Positions 1 to 10,487 of a stretch of DNA of 64,000 bases are shown here, in pieces. Each line of letters starts with the position of its first letter. Position 1 is the first letter of the stretch. The notes below the pieces were generated by a model. The model was given only the letters and a program-made list of their open reading frames with translations. It searched no databases and had not been told where the DNA came from. Origin of the DNA: Thermococcus sp. (GTDB lineage: Archaea > Methanobacteriota_B > Thermococci > Thermococcales > Thermococcaceae); assembly GCF_015521605.1 (NCBI RefSeq), contig NZ_WANV01000017.1:6013-70012 (forward strand), read 5' to 3'. Made by a program: the position numbers and the translations under genes.

Positions 1-444
1 TATTATCGGCGTGTCACCCTTCGTCTTCTCCCTCGGGACGACGGTGAGCACCTTGCCTTTTCCTACGGGCTCTCCAATACGGTTGAGGAGAACGACTTCC
101 TCCCCCTTCTCGGGAACCGGGAGGAGCTCGTGGGGCATCGTTATCCTCGCTTTATCCCCGACGTAGTGCACCATGAAGAAGGCCAGTCCGGGGCAGATCT
201 GGACGCAGAGGGAGCAGCCAATGCACTTATCGTAGTCGACTATCGGCAGGTCGTTCGGAGTGGGCATGCTTATCGCTCCGGTGGGGCATATCTCCCTGCA
301 GGGCGCGCAGGGTATCTCCTGCGGACACTCCGGAACGGCAACTGGCCTCTTCCTGAGCCTCTCCTCGCTCGGCAGAGGGATGAACTGTTGGAGCTCCTCC
401 GGGGTGATGTAACCCTTTCTAAGGTACTCCGGAATCTCACTCAT
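1..444 (-). CDS. 4Fe-4S ferredoxin-domain protein (first 148 codons; C-terminus lies beyond window start)
   Basis: Own minus-strand translation from ATG at 444-442: MSEIPEYLRKGYITPEELQQF..CAPCREICPTGAI..YDKCIGCSLCVQICPGLAFF. Two Cys-rich Fe-S motifs. ATGA overlap with the stop of the upstream gene. Frame stays open to base 1. Confidence 0.6.
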   Translation of the reverse strand, partial: MSEIPEYLRKGYITPEELQQFIPLPSEERLRKRPVAVPECPQEIPCAPCREICPTGAISMPTPNDLPIVDYDKCIGCSLCVQICPGLAFFMVHYVGDKARITMPHELLPVPEKGEEVVLLNRIGEPVGKGKVLTVVPREKTKGDTPII

Positions 445-1877
445 TCTCTCACCACCAGCGCCTTCTTTATGCCCTCGAGCACGTGCCTGCCGAAGGGCCC
501 GGAGCGGAACTCCAGGAGGTCTTTCTGGGCCTTCTCCATCTCCCCGAGCCAGCCCTCGTCCGCTATGCCCAGCCTCAGGGCCGCCGCGATGCCCGCTATC
601 TTTCCTTCGAGCATCGCCGTCGTGGCTTCCTCTATTCCGGCCGAGTCACCGGCAACGAATATTCCCCGGACGGTGGTCTCCATCCACTCGTCGCGAACGG
701 CAACGTGACCGCTGAGCTCGCGGACGTACCTTATCTGGCAGCCGGCCTGGTGGAGGAGCTCGATGCTGGGCCTCAGGCCAACCGCGAGGGCTATGACGTC
801 GACCTCAAAGACCTTCTCCGTTCCGGGAATAGGCCTCCAGTTCTCGTCGAGCTGGGCTATTACTGCCCTCTCGACCTTCCCCCTCCCCTCGGCGCGCAGG
901 ATTGTGTGTCTCGTGAGTATCGGAACGCCCAAGCGTCTGACCTTGGCGGCGTGGACGAAGTAGCCCCCAACTTTAGGCATGGCCTCGACTATCGCCTTCA
1001 CCTCGACGCCGGCCTGTATGAGCTGGTACGCCAGGATAAGCCCCACGTTCCCGGCTCCAACGATTAGAACCCTGTCCCCTGGCTTGACGCCGTAGGTGTT
1101 CATGAGGGTCTGTATCGCCCCGGCGCCGTAGATTCCGGGTAAATCGTTGTTCTCGAAGGGTATCATCTTCTCCATCGCACCGGTGGCGACTATCACCGCT
1201 CTCCCACGGAACTCTATCAGCTCGCGGTTGTTCCTGACGGCCAGGACGAGCTTCTCGTCGCCCTCCTGAAAGATGCCGACGGCTGAGGTTTCGAGGAATA
1301 TCTCGACCTTCTCCCTCTTCTTGACCTCATCCTCAAGGATTTTTGCTATCTCCACGCCCCTGACTCCCGCGAACTGTTCCCGCTTGCCGAAGAACTTGTG
1401 GGTCTGTTTGACGAGCTGGCCGCCGAGCATCGGGTTTTCGTCCAGGAGAACGACGCTCGCCCCGGCATCGGCCGCGTGGATGGCCGCCATCAAACCAGCG
1501 GGCCCGCCGCCGATTATCACGATGTCAGCCCTCACGACTTTCGCGTCCCTGAACTCCGGGGGCTTTGCCTCCTTGGGGAGCTTCGCCTTCCCGCGCTGGG
1601 GCTCGATCCTCATGCCGTCCTCAACTAGGGTTATGCACGTCCTGACGTTGGGAATTCCGTTCACGACCATCAGACAGGAGGAGCACTTGCCTATTGCGCA
1701 GAAGAGACCCCTCGGACGTTTTTCGTTGGCGGAATAGTTGAGAACCCTGATTCCAGAGGCGTGTAAGGCCGTTGCAATGGTTTCCCCTTCGTACGCCTTG
1801 ATTGGTTGGCCCTTAAAATATATTGTAACCTCCCTGCCGCGCTCAAAACGTAGAACAGGATGCTCAGTTAAGCGCAC
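441..1877 (-). CDS. FAD-dependent pyridine-nucleotide oxidoreductase with N-terminal Cys cluster (sarcosine oxidase alpha / L-proline dehydrogenase alpha-like)
   Basis: 478-aa ORF. Two Rossmann motifs (IIGGGPAGL, IVGAGNVGL) and an N-terminal CAIGKCSSC. Family resemblance is from memory, not searched. Confidence 0.7.
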   Translation of the reverse strand: MRLTEHPVLRFERGREVTIYFKGQPIKAYEGETIATALHASGIRVLNYSANEKRPRGLFCAIGKCSSCLMVVNGIPNVRTCITLVEDGMRIEPQRGKAKLPKEAKPPEFRDAKVVRADIVIIGGGPAGLMAAIHAADAGASVVLLDENPMLGGQLVKQTHKFFGKREQFAGVRGVEIAKILEDEVKKREKVEIFLETSAVGIFQEGDEKLVLAVRNNRELIEFRGRAVIVATGAMEKMIPFENNDLPGIYGAGAIQTLMNTYGVKPGDRVLIVGAGNVGLILAYQLIQAGVEVKAIVEAMPKVGGYFVHAAKVRRLGVPILTRHTILRAEGRGKVERAVIAQLDENWRPIPGTEKVFEVDVIALAVGLRPSIELLHQAGCQIRYVRELSGHVAVRDEWMETTVRGIFVAGDSAGIEEATTAMLEGKIAGIAAALRLGIADEGWLGEMEKAQKDLLEFRSGPFGRHVLEGIKKALVVRE

Positions 1878-1970
1878 GGTGTATCACCCATGCACCTATT
1901 CGTGCACCCATTTATGAAAATTTTTCAACCCGATGGTGGGCAACCTTTGGTTTCAGGCACTACCAAAGCT

Positions 1971-1978
1971 TTATATAT
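1971..1978 (+). promoter_or_regulatory. TATA box (TTATATAT) for the SRP RNA gene
   Basis: AT-rich octamer preceded by purine-rich AAAGC. It lies about 22 nt upstream of the predicted SRP RNA 5' end, which is normal archaeal promoter spacing. Confidence 0.5.
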
Positions 1979-1999
1979 CGGGCGGCGGATAAGTTAGCT

Positions 2000-2318
2000 G
2001 GCGGCGGGCTAGGCCGGGGGGTTCGGCGTCCCCTGTAACCGGAAACCGTCGATATGCCGGGGCCGAAGCCCGGGGGGCGGTTCCTGAAGCCGTCCCCGGA
2101 AGCCGGGGCACAACGGTGATCCCTCGTCCCACGGGGCCGGCGGTGGGAGGGGCGGAGCTGGAGGGCTCCGCTAACTCCCTTTGCCCGCCGAACCCCGCCA
2201 GGCCCGGAAGGGAGCAGCGGTAGGCGGGACGTGCGGCGCTCGTGGGGTAGCGGGGGTGAGCGAGCCCCGGTGGAAGGGGACGGTGGAGGGTTCCCACCCC
2301 CGGGCGCGCCCGCCGCCA
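2000..2318 (+). ncRNA. ffs: Signal recognition particle RNA (7S/SRP RNA)
   Basis: About 320-nt very GC-rich non-coding block. 5' GGCGGCGGGC can pair with 3' GCCCGCCGCC. Contains the conserved helix-8 motif CAGGCCCGGAAGGGAGCAGCGGUAGG (2198-2223). The only ORFs across it are Pro/Arg/Gly-rich and look spurious. Ends are good to about 5 nt. Confidence 0.8.
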
Positions 2319-2377
2319 CTAAAATTCCGGCAAAAACCTTAATAGGAAACCGCTTCTTTTGCCTTTGAGGTGTCAAA

Positions 2378-3280
2378 ATGGTGAGCCTTGAGGTCGAGCT
2401 TTTCGGGATAAGGTTCGAAAACCCCCTCATTCTCGCATCCGGAATCAACGACAAGACTCCGGAGCAGTGGATAAGGGCGCACGAGGAAGGGGCGGGCGGA
2501 GTGGTCACCAAATCGATCGGAATCGAGCCGAGGGATGGTTACAACAATCCGACCATCGTAGAGCTCCCCTACGGGCTGATAAATGCAATGGGGTTGCCAA
2601 ACCCGGGCTGGAAGGGCTTCCTTGAGATGGTTGAAGGTTACACCTTTGATTTTCCGCTGATAGTCTCGATATTCGGTGGAACGCCGGAGGAATTTGCATT
2701 TCTCGCTGAAAAGCTGAGTGATGTGGCGGATGCCTTCGAGCTCAATCTCAGCTGTCCGCACGCCAAGGGCTACGGCATGGAGATCGGCCAGAGGCCCGAG
2801 AACGTGTATGAAGTCGTCAAGGCCGTCAAAGACGCCACCGATAAGCCCGTGATAGCGAAGCTCACACCCAACACGGATGATATAACAAAGCTCGGCCTTG
2901 CGGCTGAGAAGGCTGGAGCGGATGCCGTCTCGGCCATAAACACGCTGAAGGCGATAGCGATAGACGTCTACGCGAGGAGGCCGATACTGAGCAATAGAGT
3001 CGGCGGCTACTCCGGGCCGGGGGTTAAGCCCGTGGCATTAAGAGCAGTCTACGACCTCGCGAAGACCCTTGACATCCCTGTCATCGGGATTGGTGGTATA
3101 ACGACGTGGCAAGATGCGGTCGAGTTCCTCCTCGCCGGAGCTTCAGCTTTGCAGATAGGAACAGCAGTTTCGCTCCGCGGCTGGAAGGTCTTCAGGGAGA
3201 TAAACGAGGGGATTGAGCGCTATCTTAAGGAGGAGGGCTTTTCGAGCGTGAAAGACATCGTTGGCCTCGCCCTCGAGTGA
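2378..3280 (+). CDS. pyrD: Dihydroorotate dehydrogenase, class 1 catalytic subunit
   Basis: 300 aa. FGIRFENPLILASG, NLSCPH and IGIGGI motifs typical of PyrD. Confidence 0.9.
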   Translation: MVSLEVELFGIRFENPLILASGINDKTPEQWIRAHEEGAGGVVTKSIGIEPRDGYNNPTIVELPYGLINAMGLPNPGWKGFLEMVEGYTFDFPLIVSIFGGTPEEFAFLAEKLSDVADAFELNLSCPHAKGYGMEIGQRPENVYEVVKAVKDATDKPVIAKLTPNTDDITKLGLAAEKAGADAVSAINTLKAIAIDVYARRPILSNRVGGYSGPGVKPVALRAVYDLAKTLDIPVIGIGGITTWQDAVEFLLAGASALQIGTAVSLRGWKVFREINEGIERYLKEEGFSSVKDIVGLALE

Positions 3281-3323
3281 GCGAAAGGGTTATCTAGTAG
3301 GAAGTCCTACTATACTGCGGTGA

Positions 3324-3960
<637 letters not shown>

Positions 3961-3964
<4 letters not shown>

Positions 3965-4680
3965 AGCGCGCGGTCGTTCTCTTCAGCGGCGGGTTGGACT
4001 CAACGGCCTGCCTCTACTGGGCCAAGGAGAACTACGACGAGGTGATAATGCTCACCGTCAACTACGGGAGCAACGAGGAAAGGGTTACCAACAGGGTGGC
4101 AGAGTTCTTCTCGAAAGAGCTCGACATCCCGCTGAGGATCGTGAGGCTGGACTTCCTCGAAGAGTTCTCAAAGCTCCGCGGGACAACTCTCGTCGGCGGT
4201 GAAACGCCAAAGGTCAGCGCGGAGGAGCTGGAGGACATGAACGTTGCTCAGGAGACCGCGAAGAGCGTCTGGGTTCCCGCTCGTAACGTCGTCCTCATAA
4301 GCGTCGCCGCCTCGCTCCTCGATGCGCTCGGCGGCGGGGACATAATAGTGGGCTTCAACGCGGAAGAGGGAGCAACCTTCCCGGATAACACGCCGGAGTT
4401 CGTCGAGAAAATGAACGAAATGCTGAAGTACGGGACAATGGCCGAAGTAAAAGTCGTTGCCCCCCTCATCGACCTCGACAAGAAGGGCATAGCGAGGCTT
4501 CTGAAAGAACTGGACGCCAAGTACGAGTACTCCAGCTCCTGCTATATGCCGAAGGGCTTCACGGAAGATGGAAAGCCGATACACTGCGGCGAGTGCGAGA
4601 GCTGCGTCAGGAGACACCGCGGCCTTATGGAGGTACTCGGGGAGGACAGGACGGTCTACGCTGTTGAGCCGAGGATCTGA
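3961..4680 (+). CDS. queC: 7-cyano-7-deazaguanine synthase
   Basis: 239 aa. PP-loop SGGLDS near the N-terminus and a C-terminal zinc motif [14 protein letters not shown] overlap with the vapC stop. Confidence 0.9.
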
Positions 4681-4733
4681 CTCTTCCCCCCGAATTTCCT
4701 CCTCCCAGGGTTGCCTTTCAGCCCACCGCAAGA

Positions 4734-4741
4734 TTTATAAA
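4734..4741 (+). promoter_or_regulatory. TATA box (TTTATAAA) for the tRNA-Phe/tRNA-Gly pair
   Basis: AT-rich octamer 29 nt upstream of the tRNA-Phe 5' end. The two tRNAs are only 10 nt apart, so they are probably co-transcribed. Confidence 0.45.
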
Positions 4742-4769
4742 TTCGCCCTCTACCCTATCCATTGGGCGT

Positions 4770-4846
4770 GGGGCGGTAGCTCAGCCTGGGAGAGCGCCGG
4801 ACTGAAGATCCGGGTGTCGGGGGTTCAAATCCCCCTCGCCCCACCA
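4770..4846 (+). tRNA. tRNA-Phe (GAA), CCA encoded
   Basis: Hand-folded cloverleaf. Acceptor GGGGCGG/UCGCCCC, anticodon stem CCGGA/UCCGG with loop CUGAAGA, T arm GGGGG-UUCAAAU-CCCCC. Confidence 0.9.
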
Positions 4847-4856
4847 TTTCTCGCGT

Positions 4857-4934
4857 GCGGTGGTAGTCTAGCCTGGTCTAGGACACCGGCCTTCCAAGCC
4901 GGTGACCCGGGTTCAAATCCCGGCCACCGCACCA
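4857..4934 (+). tRNA. tRNA-Gly (UCC), CCA encoded
   Basis: Acceptor GCGGUGG/CCACCGC, anticodon stem CCGGC/GCCGG with loop CUUCCAA, T loop UUCAAAU. Confidence 0.9.
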
Positions 4935-5041
4935 CAACCTGTTCTTGAAGTGCCGTCAAAAGTCACCGCCTCACAGTGCCCATATCTGTCCACTAAACGT
5001 TATAAAGGCTGCTGTTTTACTTCGCCTTTAGGTGGTTTACG

Positions 5042-6169
5042 TTGGAGAACAACGCTCATAAGTTCGAGCTTAACGGCACTTTCGTTCTAATTCCCAAAAA
5101 GCCTGATCTGAAGTACCTCTACATCGAAATAACCAATAGGTGTAACCTCCGCTGTGAAATGTGTTTCAAACAGTACTGGGAAGACCCGGAGGGCGACATG
5201 GACTGGGAGCTCTTCTTGAAAATACTCGATGACGCGGAGGAGCTTCCCGATCTGGAGATGATATACTTTGGAGGAATCGGGGAACCTACGGTTCACCCGA
5301 GGTTCATGGACATGGTGAGGGAAGTCAAAAGGCGCGGTTTCGCCCTTGGAATAAGTACCAACGGATTCCTTCTGACGGACAAGAGGATAAGGGAGCTCGT
5401 GGAGCTCGGCGTTGACCTCATGTACTTCTCGGTCGACTCCGTTCCAACCCAGCCGGTCGACATCGGGCACATAAAGCCTGACTACACTGGGTCAAGGATA
5501 CGGAAGATACAGGAGGTAAAGAAGGAGCTCGGGAAGGACGTGCCCCACATAGGGGTTGAGGTCGTTGTCACAAAGGAGAACTACAACGAGCTGGTTGATG
5601 TTGCACACTACGTCGGCTCGCTCGGTGCCGATACACTACTGATATCAAACCTCCTGCCAATAACCAAGGAGCACGCCGAAATGATAGTCTACGACGGTTC
5701 TATTGACATGACGCCAATCGTGAACAAGCTCCAGTCAATATACCACGGCTACCTCCACAGGATAGCGGAGTTCTCCCTGAGAACTGAGAGGCACTGCGAG
5801 TTCATAGAGAAGAAAGTTGCGGTGATCCGGTGGGACGGGGAAGTAGCACCCTGCTACCGCTTCCTCCACACGTACCCCGAGATAGTCTTCGGCAGGGAAA
5901 AGAAGGTTTACGCTTACTCATTCGGCAACGTTCGAGAGAAAAGCCTGGCAGAGATATGGACGAGCAGGGACTACAGCTGGTTCAGGTTTACGGTTCAGAA
6001 CGCCCTGTACCCAAGCTGCACCGACTGTCCGCTGAACGAATCATGTTCCTTTGTGCAGGATACAGAATCGGACTGCTGGGGCAACAGGCCAAGCTGTGCG
6101 GACTGCCTCTGGGCGAGGCGCATAGTGCTCTGCCCGATACCGGAGAAGGGTATGAAAGGATTTTGGTGA
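5042..6169 (+). CDS. Radical SAM/SPASM protein, tungsten-cofactor oxidoreductase maturase type (cmo-like)
   Basis: 375 aa. CxxxCxxC motif (NRCNLRCEMC) and a Cys-rich C-terminal region (CTDCPLNESC, CADC). TTG start 6 nt after AGGTGG. Sits directly upstream of aor, as the cofactor-modifying gene does in P. furiosus (memory). Confidence 0.7.
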   Translation: MENNAHKFELNGTFVLIPKKPDLKYLYIEITNRCNLRCEMCFKQYWEDPEGDMDWELFLKILDDAEELPDLEMIYFGGIGEPTVHPRFMDMVREVKRRGFALGISTNGFLLTDKRIRELVELGVDLMYFSVDSVPTQPVDIGHIKPDYTGSRIRKIQEVKKELGKDVPHIGVEVVVTKENYNELVDVAHYVGSLGADTLLISNLLPITKEHAEMIVYDGSIDMTPIVNKLQSIYHGYLHRIAEFSLRTERHCEFIEKKVAVIRWDGEVAPCYRFLHTYPEIVFGREKKVYAYSFGNVREKSLAEIWTSRDYSWFRFTVQNALYPSCTDCPLNESCSFVQDTESDCWGNRPSCADCLWARRIVLCPIPEKGMKGFW

Positions 6170-6359
6170 ATCTAAATTCATATTTTTTAATAATGTTTTT
6201 TACATCGACCGCGAACTTTTAAGTTCGAAAATGACCGCATCTACGTTTGTTAAACTAATGTGCTTATCATAACATCAATGTTTCATTTTTTTGCTTTCGT
6301 CAAATTTATTAGCATCAATGTACAAAAATGCTTCCGAGAACTGCTGGAGGCATCGAAAC

Positions 6360-8177
6360 ATGTTCGCGTATTGGGGAAGGATTTTAAGAGTTAACCTTAG
6401 TACGGGCAAGATAAGCGAAGAGAAGTTCGATGAGAACTTCGCCAAGAAGTGGCTGGGAACCAGGGGATTCGGTATCTATTATCTTCTGAAGGAGATGGAC
6501 GCAACCGTGGACCCATTCAGCCCGGAGAACAAGCTGATATTCGCCACCGGCCCACTGACCGGAACAACCGCCCCTACCGGCGGCAGATACATGGTGATCA
6601 CCAAGAGCCCGCTGACGGGCTATATAGCGATGGCCAACTCGGGCGGTTTCTTCGGTGCAGAGCTGAAGTTTGCGGGCTGGGACGCCATAGTGGTCGAGGG
6701 CAAAGCGGACCACCCGGTTTATCTCTACATCAACGACGACCAGGTCGAGATAAGGGACGCGAGCCACATATGGGGCAAGGTTGTCAGTGAGACGGAGAAG
6801 ACCCTCAAGGAGGAGGTTGGAGACAGCAAGGTCCACATAGCCTCCATCGGCCCCGCTGGAGAGAACCTTTCAAGGATAGCCGCGGTCATGAACGACGAGC
6901 ACCGTGCCGCTGGAAGGGGCGGCGTTGGTGCGGTAATGGGAAGCAAGAAGCTCAAGGCCATCGTCGTCCGCGGCCACAAGCGCGTTGAAGTCGCCGACAG
7001 GGCAAAGTTTACCAGCGTCGTGAAGGAGAAGATTGAAAAGCTCAAGAACGACCCCGTCGCGGGAGGTGGACTTCCCAAGTTCGGTACCGCCGTTCTCGTC
7101 AACATCATCAACCAGAACGGTCTGTACCCAACCAGGAACTTCCAGGACAGCCAGTTTGAGTACGCGGAGGAGCAGAGCGGCGAGGCAATGGCGTCCAAGT
7201 ACCTGATAAGAAACAAGCCGTGCTACGCCTGTCCGATCGGCTGTGGAAGGGTCAACAAGCTTCCGACCCTCGGAGTTACGGAGGGACCGGAGTACGAGAG
7301 CACCTGGGCGCTCGGAGCGCACCTCGGCATAAACGACCTGGCCAGCATCATAGAGGCCAACCACCTCGCGGACGAGTACGGATTCGACACCATAAGCCTG
7401 GGCGGAACTCTAGCAACCGCCATGGAACTCTACGAGAAGGGCCTGCTGAAGCAGGAAGACCTCGGGGATGACGCTCCGCCGTTCAGGTGGGGCAACACTG
7501 AGGTTCTCCACTACTACATTGAGAAGATGGCTTACAGGAAGGGCTTTGGAGACGTTCTCGCCGAAGGCGGCTACCGGTTGGCCGAGAAGTACAACGGCGT
7601 CGAGTACTTCATGGGAGTCAAAAAGCAGGAGCTTCCGGCGTATGACCCGCGTGGAGCTGAGGGACACGGTCTCGGTTACGCCACCAACAACCGCGGTGGC
7701 TGTCACATCAAGCAGTACATGATCAGCCCAGAGATACTCGGCTATCCCTACAAGATGGACCCGCACGACATAAGCGACGAGAAGGTCAAGATGGTCATAC
7801 TCTTCCAGGACCTAACTGCACTCATCGATGCCGCCGGACTCTGTGTCTTCACGACATTCGGTCTCGGTGCCGACGACTACCGCGACATGCTCAACGCGGC
7901 CCTAGGCTGGGACCTCTCGACCGAGGAGTACCTCAGGATAGGCGAGCGCATCTGGAACGCCGAGAGGCTCTTCAGCCTCCGTGCCGGACTCGACCCGCTC
8001 AAGGAGGACACTCTGCCCAAGAGACTCCTGGAGGAGCCCGTCAGGCAGGGCCCCAACAAGGGTCACGTCGTCAGGCTTGCCGAGATGCTCCCGCGCTACT
8101 ACCGCTTCCGCGGCTGGACCGAGGACGGAAGGATTCCGGAGGAGAAGCTCAAGGAGCTTGGAATGGAGGAGTTCTGA
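6360..8177 (+). CDS. aor: Tungsten-containing aldehyde:ferredoxin oxidoreductase
   Basis: Colinear with the remembered P. furiosus AOR (WGRxxRVNLSTG, KPCYACPIGCGR, GLGYATNNRGGCHIK, LPRYYxxRGWTEDG). I trimmed the ORF-track start 6291 to the in-frame ATG 6360, which matches the P. furiosus N-terminus. Confidence 0.95.
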   Translation: MFAYWGRILRVNLSTGKISEEKFDENFAKKWLGTRGFGIYYLLKEMDATVDPFSPENKLIFATGPLTGTTAPTGGRYMVITKSPLTGYIAMANSGGFFGAELKFAGWDAIVVEGKADHPVYLYINDDQVEIRDASHIWGKVVSETEKTLKEEVGDSKVHIASIGPAGENLSRIAAVMNDEHRAAGRGGVGAVMGSKKLKAIVVRGHKRVEVADRAKFTSVVKEKIEKLKNDPVAGGGLPKFGTAVLVNIINQNGLYPTRNFQDSQFEYAEEQSGEAMASKYLIRNKPCYACPIGCGRVNKLPTLGVTEGPEYESTWALGAHLGINDLASIIEANHLADEYGFDTISLGGTLATAMELYEKGLLKQEDLGDDAPPFRWGNTEVLHYYIEKMAYRKGFGDVLAEGGYRLAEKYNGVEYFMGVKKQELPAYDPRGAEGHGLGYATNNRGGCHIKQYMISPEILGYPYKMDPHDISDEKVKMVILFQDLTALIDAAGLCVFTTFGLGADDYRDMLNAALGWDLSTEEYLRIGERIWNAERLFSLRAGLDPLKEDTLPKRLLEEPVRQGPNKGHVVRLAEMLPRYYRFRGWTEDGRIPEEKLKELGMEEF

Positions 8178-8471
8178 ATCCTCTCTCGTTTTCCTTTATT
8201 GTACCGTTTAGTTCTGAAATCCGGCGTGCATCCCGTGTCGTAACGTCCCAAAATATGCTCTTTTGTTTTAGTTTTTCCCGTTCTCAACTTACGATTTGTT
8301 GTGTTTAACCTTTACGAATAAATCAAAAAAAATTTCTTCATCAATAGCATATGCAATAATACGTTTTAAAATCGAAAGGTTTATATTGCCAATGCCCAAG
8401 ATGGTGCTTCGATGACGGGCATAGTGCCCTGATGTGATAATAAATCAGACCGTGAATCGAGGTGTTCAGGA

Positions 8472-10445
8472 ATGAAGGGATGGAAGGCTGTTGTGTTGGC
8501 CCTTTTCCTGATAGGCATTATAGCCGGAATGGCAGCCGCAGCACCAACGAAGCCCGTCGTTCGGAATAACGGCATCCAGCAGAAGAACTACGGACTGATG
8601 ACTCCAGGGCTGTTCAAGAAGGTTCAGGGGATGGACTGGAACCAGCAGGTCAGTACCGTCATAATGTTTGACAGCCCGCGGAGCAGGGACTCCGCCCTCA
8701 GGATACTGAAGCTTATGGGCGCTGAAATCAAGTACAGTTACAAGATAATCCCCGCCGTTGCGGTCAAGATGAAGGTCAGGGACCTTCTGCTTATCGCCGG
8801 CATGATCGACACCGGCTTCTTCGGCAACACCAAGGTCTCGGGAATAAAGTTCATCCAGGAGGATTATAAGGTCCAGGTTTCAGATGCTACTTCCGTTGCC
8901 CAGATAGGGGCTGACACCGTCTGGAACTCCCTCGGTTACGATGGCAGCGGTATCGTTGTTGCGGTTATCGACACCGGTATAGACGCGAGCCACCCCGACC
9001 TCCAGGGCAAGGTCGTGGCATGGTACGATGTAGTCAACGGCAAGACCACCCCCTACGATGACAACGGCCATGGAACCCACGTCGCAGGAATCATCGCCGG
9101 AACCGGCGCTGTCAACTCACAGTACATCGGCGTCGCCCCCGGAGCGAAGCTCGTTGGCGTCAAGGTTCTCGCCGCAGACGGTTCGGGAAGCATATCCGAC
9201 ATCATAGCCGGCGTCGACTGGGTCGTCCAGAACAGGGACAAGTACGGGATCAAGGTCATCAACCTCTCCCTCGGCTCAAGCCAGAGCTCCGACGGTACCG
9301 ACTCCCTGAGCCAGGCCGTCAACAACGCCTGGGCGGCTGGCCTCGTCGTCTGTGTCGCCGCCGGAAACAGCGGGCCCAACACCTACACCGTCGGCTCTCC
9401 GGCCGCCGCCGACAAGGTCATAACGGTCGGTGCCGTTGACAGCACGGACACCATAGCCAGCTTCTCCAGCCGGGGACCGACCGCCGACGGCAGGCTCAAG
9501 CCCGAGGTCGTCGCCCCGGGTGTTGACATCATCGCCCCGAGGGCCAGCGGAACCAGCATGGGCACCCCGATCGACGATTACTACACCAAGGCCTCCGGCA
9601 CGAGCATGGCCACCCCGCACGTTGCCGGCGCCGCGGCCCTCATACTCCAGGCCCACCCGACATGGACTCCGGACAAGATAAAGACCGCCTTCATCGAGAC
9701 CGCCGATATAGTGGCCCCGACCGAGATAGCGGACATCGCCTACGGTGCCGGTAGGATAAACGTCTACAAGGCCATAAACTACGACAACTACGCCAAGCTC
9801 GTCTTCACCGGTTCGGTCGCCGACAAGGGAAGCGCCACCCACTCCTTCGACGTCAGCGGCGCCACCTTTGTCACGGCCACGCTCTACTGGGACAACAGCG
9901 CCAGTGACATCGACCTCTACCTCTACGACCCCAACGGCAACCAGGTGGACTACTCATACACCCAGTACTACGGCTTCGAGAAGGTCGGCTACTACAACCC
10001 GACTGCCGGAACCTGGACGGTCAAGGTCGTCAGCTACAGCGGTGCGGCAAACTACCAGGTCGACGTCGTCAGTGACGGCACCCTCAGCCAGTCGAGCGGA
10101 ACCACCCCCGCCCCGAGCCCAAGCCCGACTCCGACCACCGACAGCCAGACCTTCACCGGCTATGTCCATGACTGGTACGACACCAGCGACAGCTTCACCA
10201 TGACCGTCAACAGCGGCGCCACCAAGATAACCGGAGACCTGACCTTCGACACCAGCCTCCACGACCTCGACCTCTACCTCTACGACCCCAACGGTAACAT
10301 CGTGGACCGCTCCACAACGAGCAACAGCTACGAGCACGTCGAATACCTCAACCCGGCACCGGGAACCTGGAAGTTCCTCGTCTACGCCTACAGCACATAC
10401 GGCTGGGCCAGCTACCAGCTCGATGTCGTTGTCTACTACGGCTGA
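8472..10445 (+). CDS. Secreted subtilisin-like serine protease (S8) with two C-terminal beta-rich domains
   Basis: 657 aa with a signal peptide. Triad motifs [16 protein letters not shown] and [24 protein letters not shown] linker, then two domains each carrying [10 protein letters not shown]. The 27-nt DNA repeat CGACCTCTACCTCTACGACCCCAACGG occurs at 9911-9937 and 10268-10294. Confidence 0.9.
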   Translation: MKGWKAVVLALFLIGIIAGMAAAAPTKPVVRNNGIQQKNYGLMTPGLFKKVQGMDWNQQVSTVIMFDSPRSRDSALRILKLMGAEIKYSYKIIPAVAVKMKVRDLLLIAGMIDTGFFGNTKVSGIKFIQEDYKVQVSDATSVAQIGADTVWNSLGYDGSGIVVAVIDTGIDASHPDLQGKVVAWYDVVNGKTTPYDDNGHGTHVAGIIAGTGAVNSQYIGVAPGAKLVGVKVLAADGSGSISDIIAGVDWVVQNRDKYGIKVINLSLGSSQSSDGTDSLSQAVNNAWAAGLVVCVAAGNSGPNTYTVGSPAAADKVITVGAVDSTDTIASFSSRGPTADGRLKPEVVAPGVDIIAPRASGTSMGTPIDDYYTKASGTSMATPHVAGAAALILQAHPTWTPDKIKTAFIETADIVAPTEIADIAYGAGRINVYKAINYDNYAKLVFTGSVADKGSATHSFDVSGATFVTATLYWDNSASDIDLYLYDPNGNQVDYSYTQYYGFEKVGYYNPTAGTWTVKVVSYSGAANYQVDVVSDGTLSQSSGTTPAPSPSPTPTTDSQTFTGYVHDWYDTSDSFTMTVNSGATKITGDLTFDTSLHDLDLYLYDPNGNIVDRSTTSNSYEHVEYLNPAPGTWKFLVYAYSTYGWASYQLDVVVYYG

Positions 10446-10487
10446 AGGTTTTTAACATCCTTTTCTTTTCTCTTTGAGGTGGTTGAA

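Noticed and set aside
1960-2511. 183-aa and 108-aa minus-strand ORFs rich in Pro/Arg/Gly
   Set aside because: They lie antisense across the SRP RNA and the pyrD start. Their low-complexity composition is what a GC-rich structured RNA yields when translated.
4568-4948. 126-aa ORF covering the tRNA-Phe/tRNA-Gly region
   Set aside because: It overlaps two clear tRNA genes and the 3' end of queC, so it is not coding.
8409-8460. GAUGAC .. CUGA .. motif upstream of the protease gene, considered as a C/D sRNA
   Set aside because: The boxes are degenerate, there is no proper D box, and the spacing is wrong. It is probably just 5' UTR with a small hairpin (GGGCA-TAG-TGCCC).
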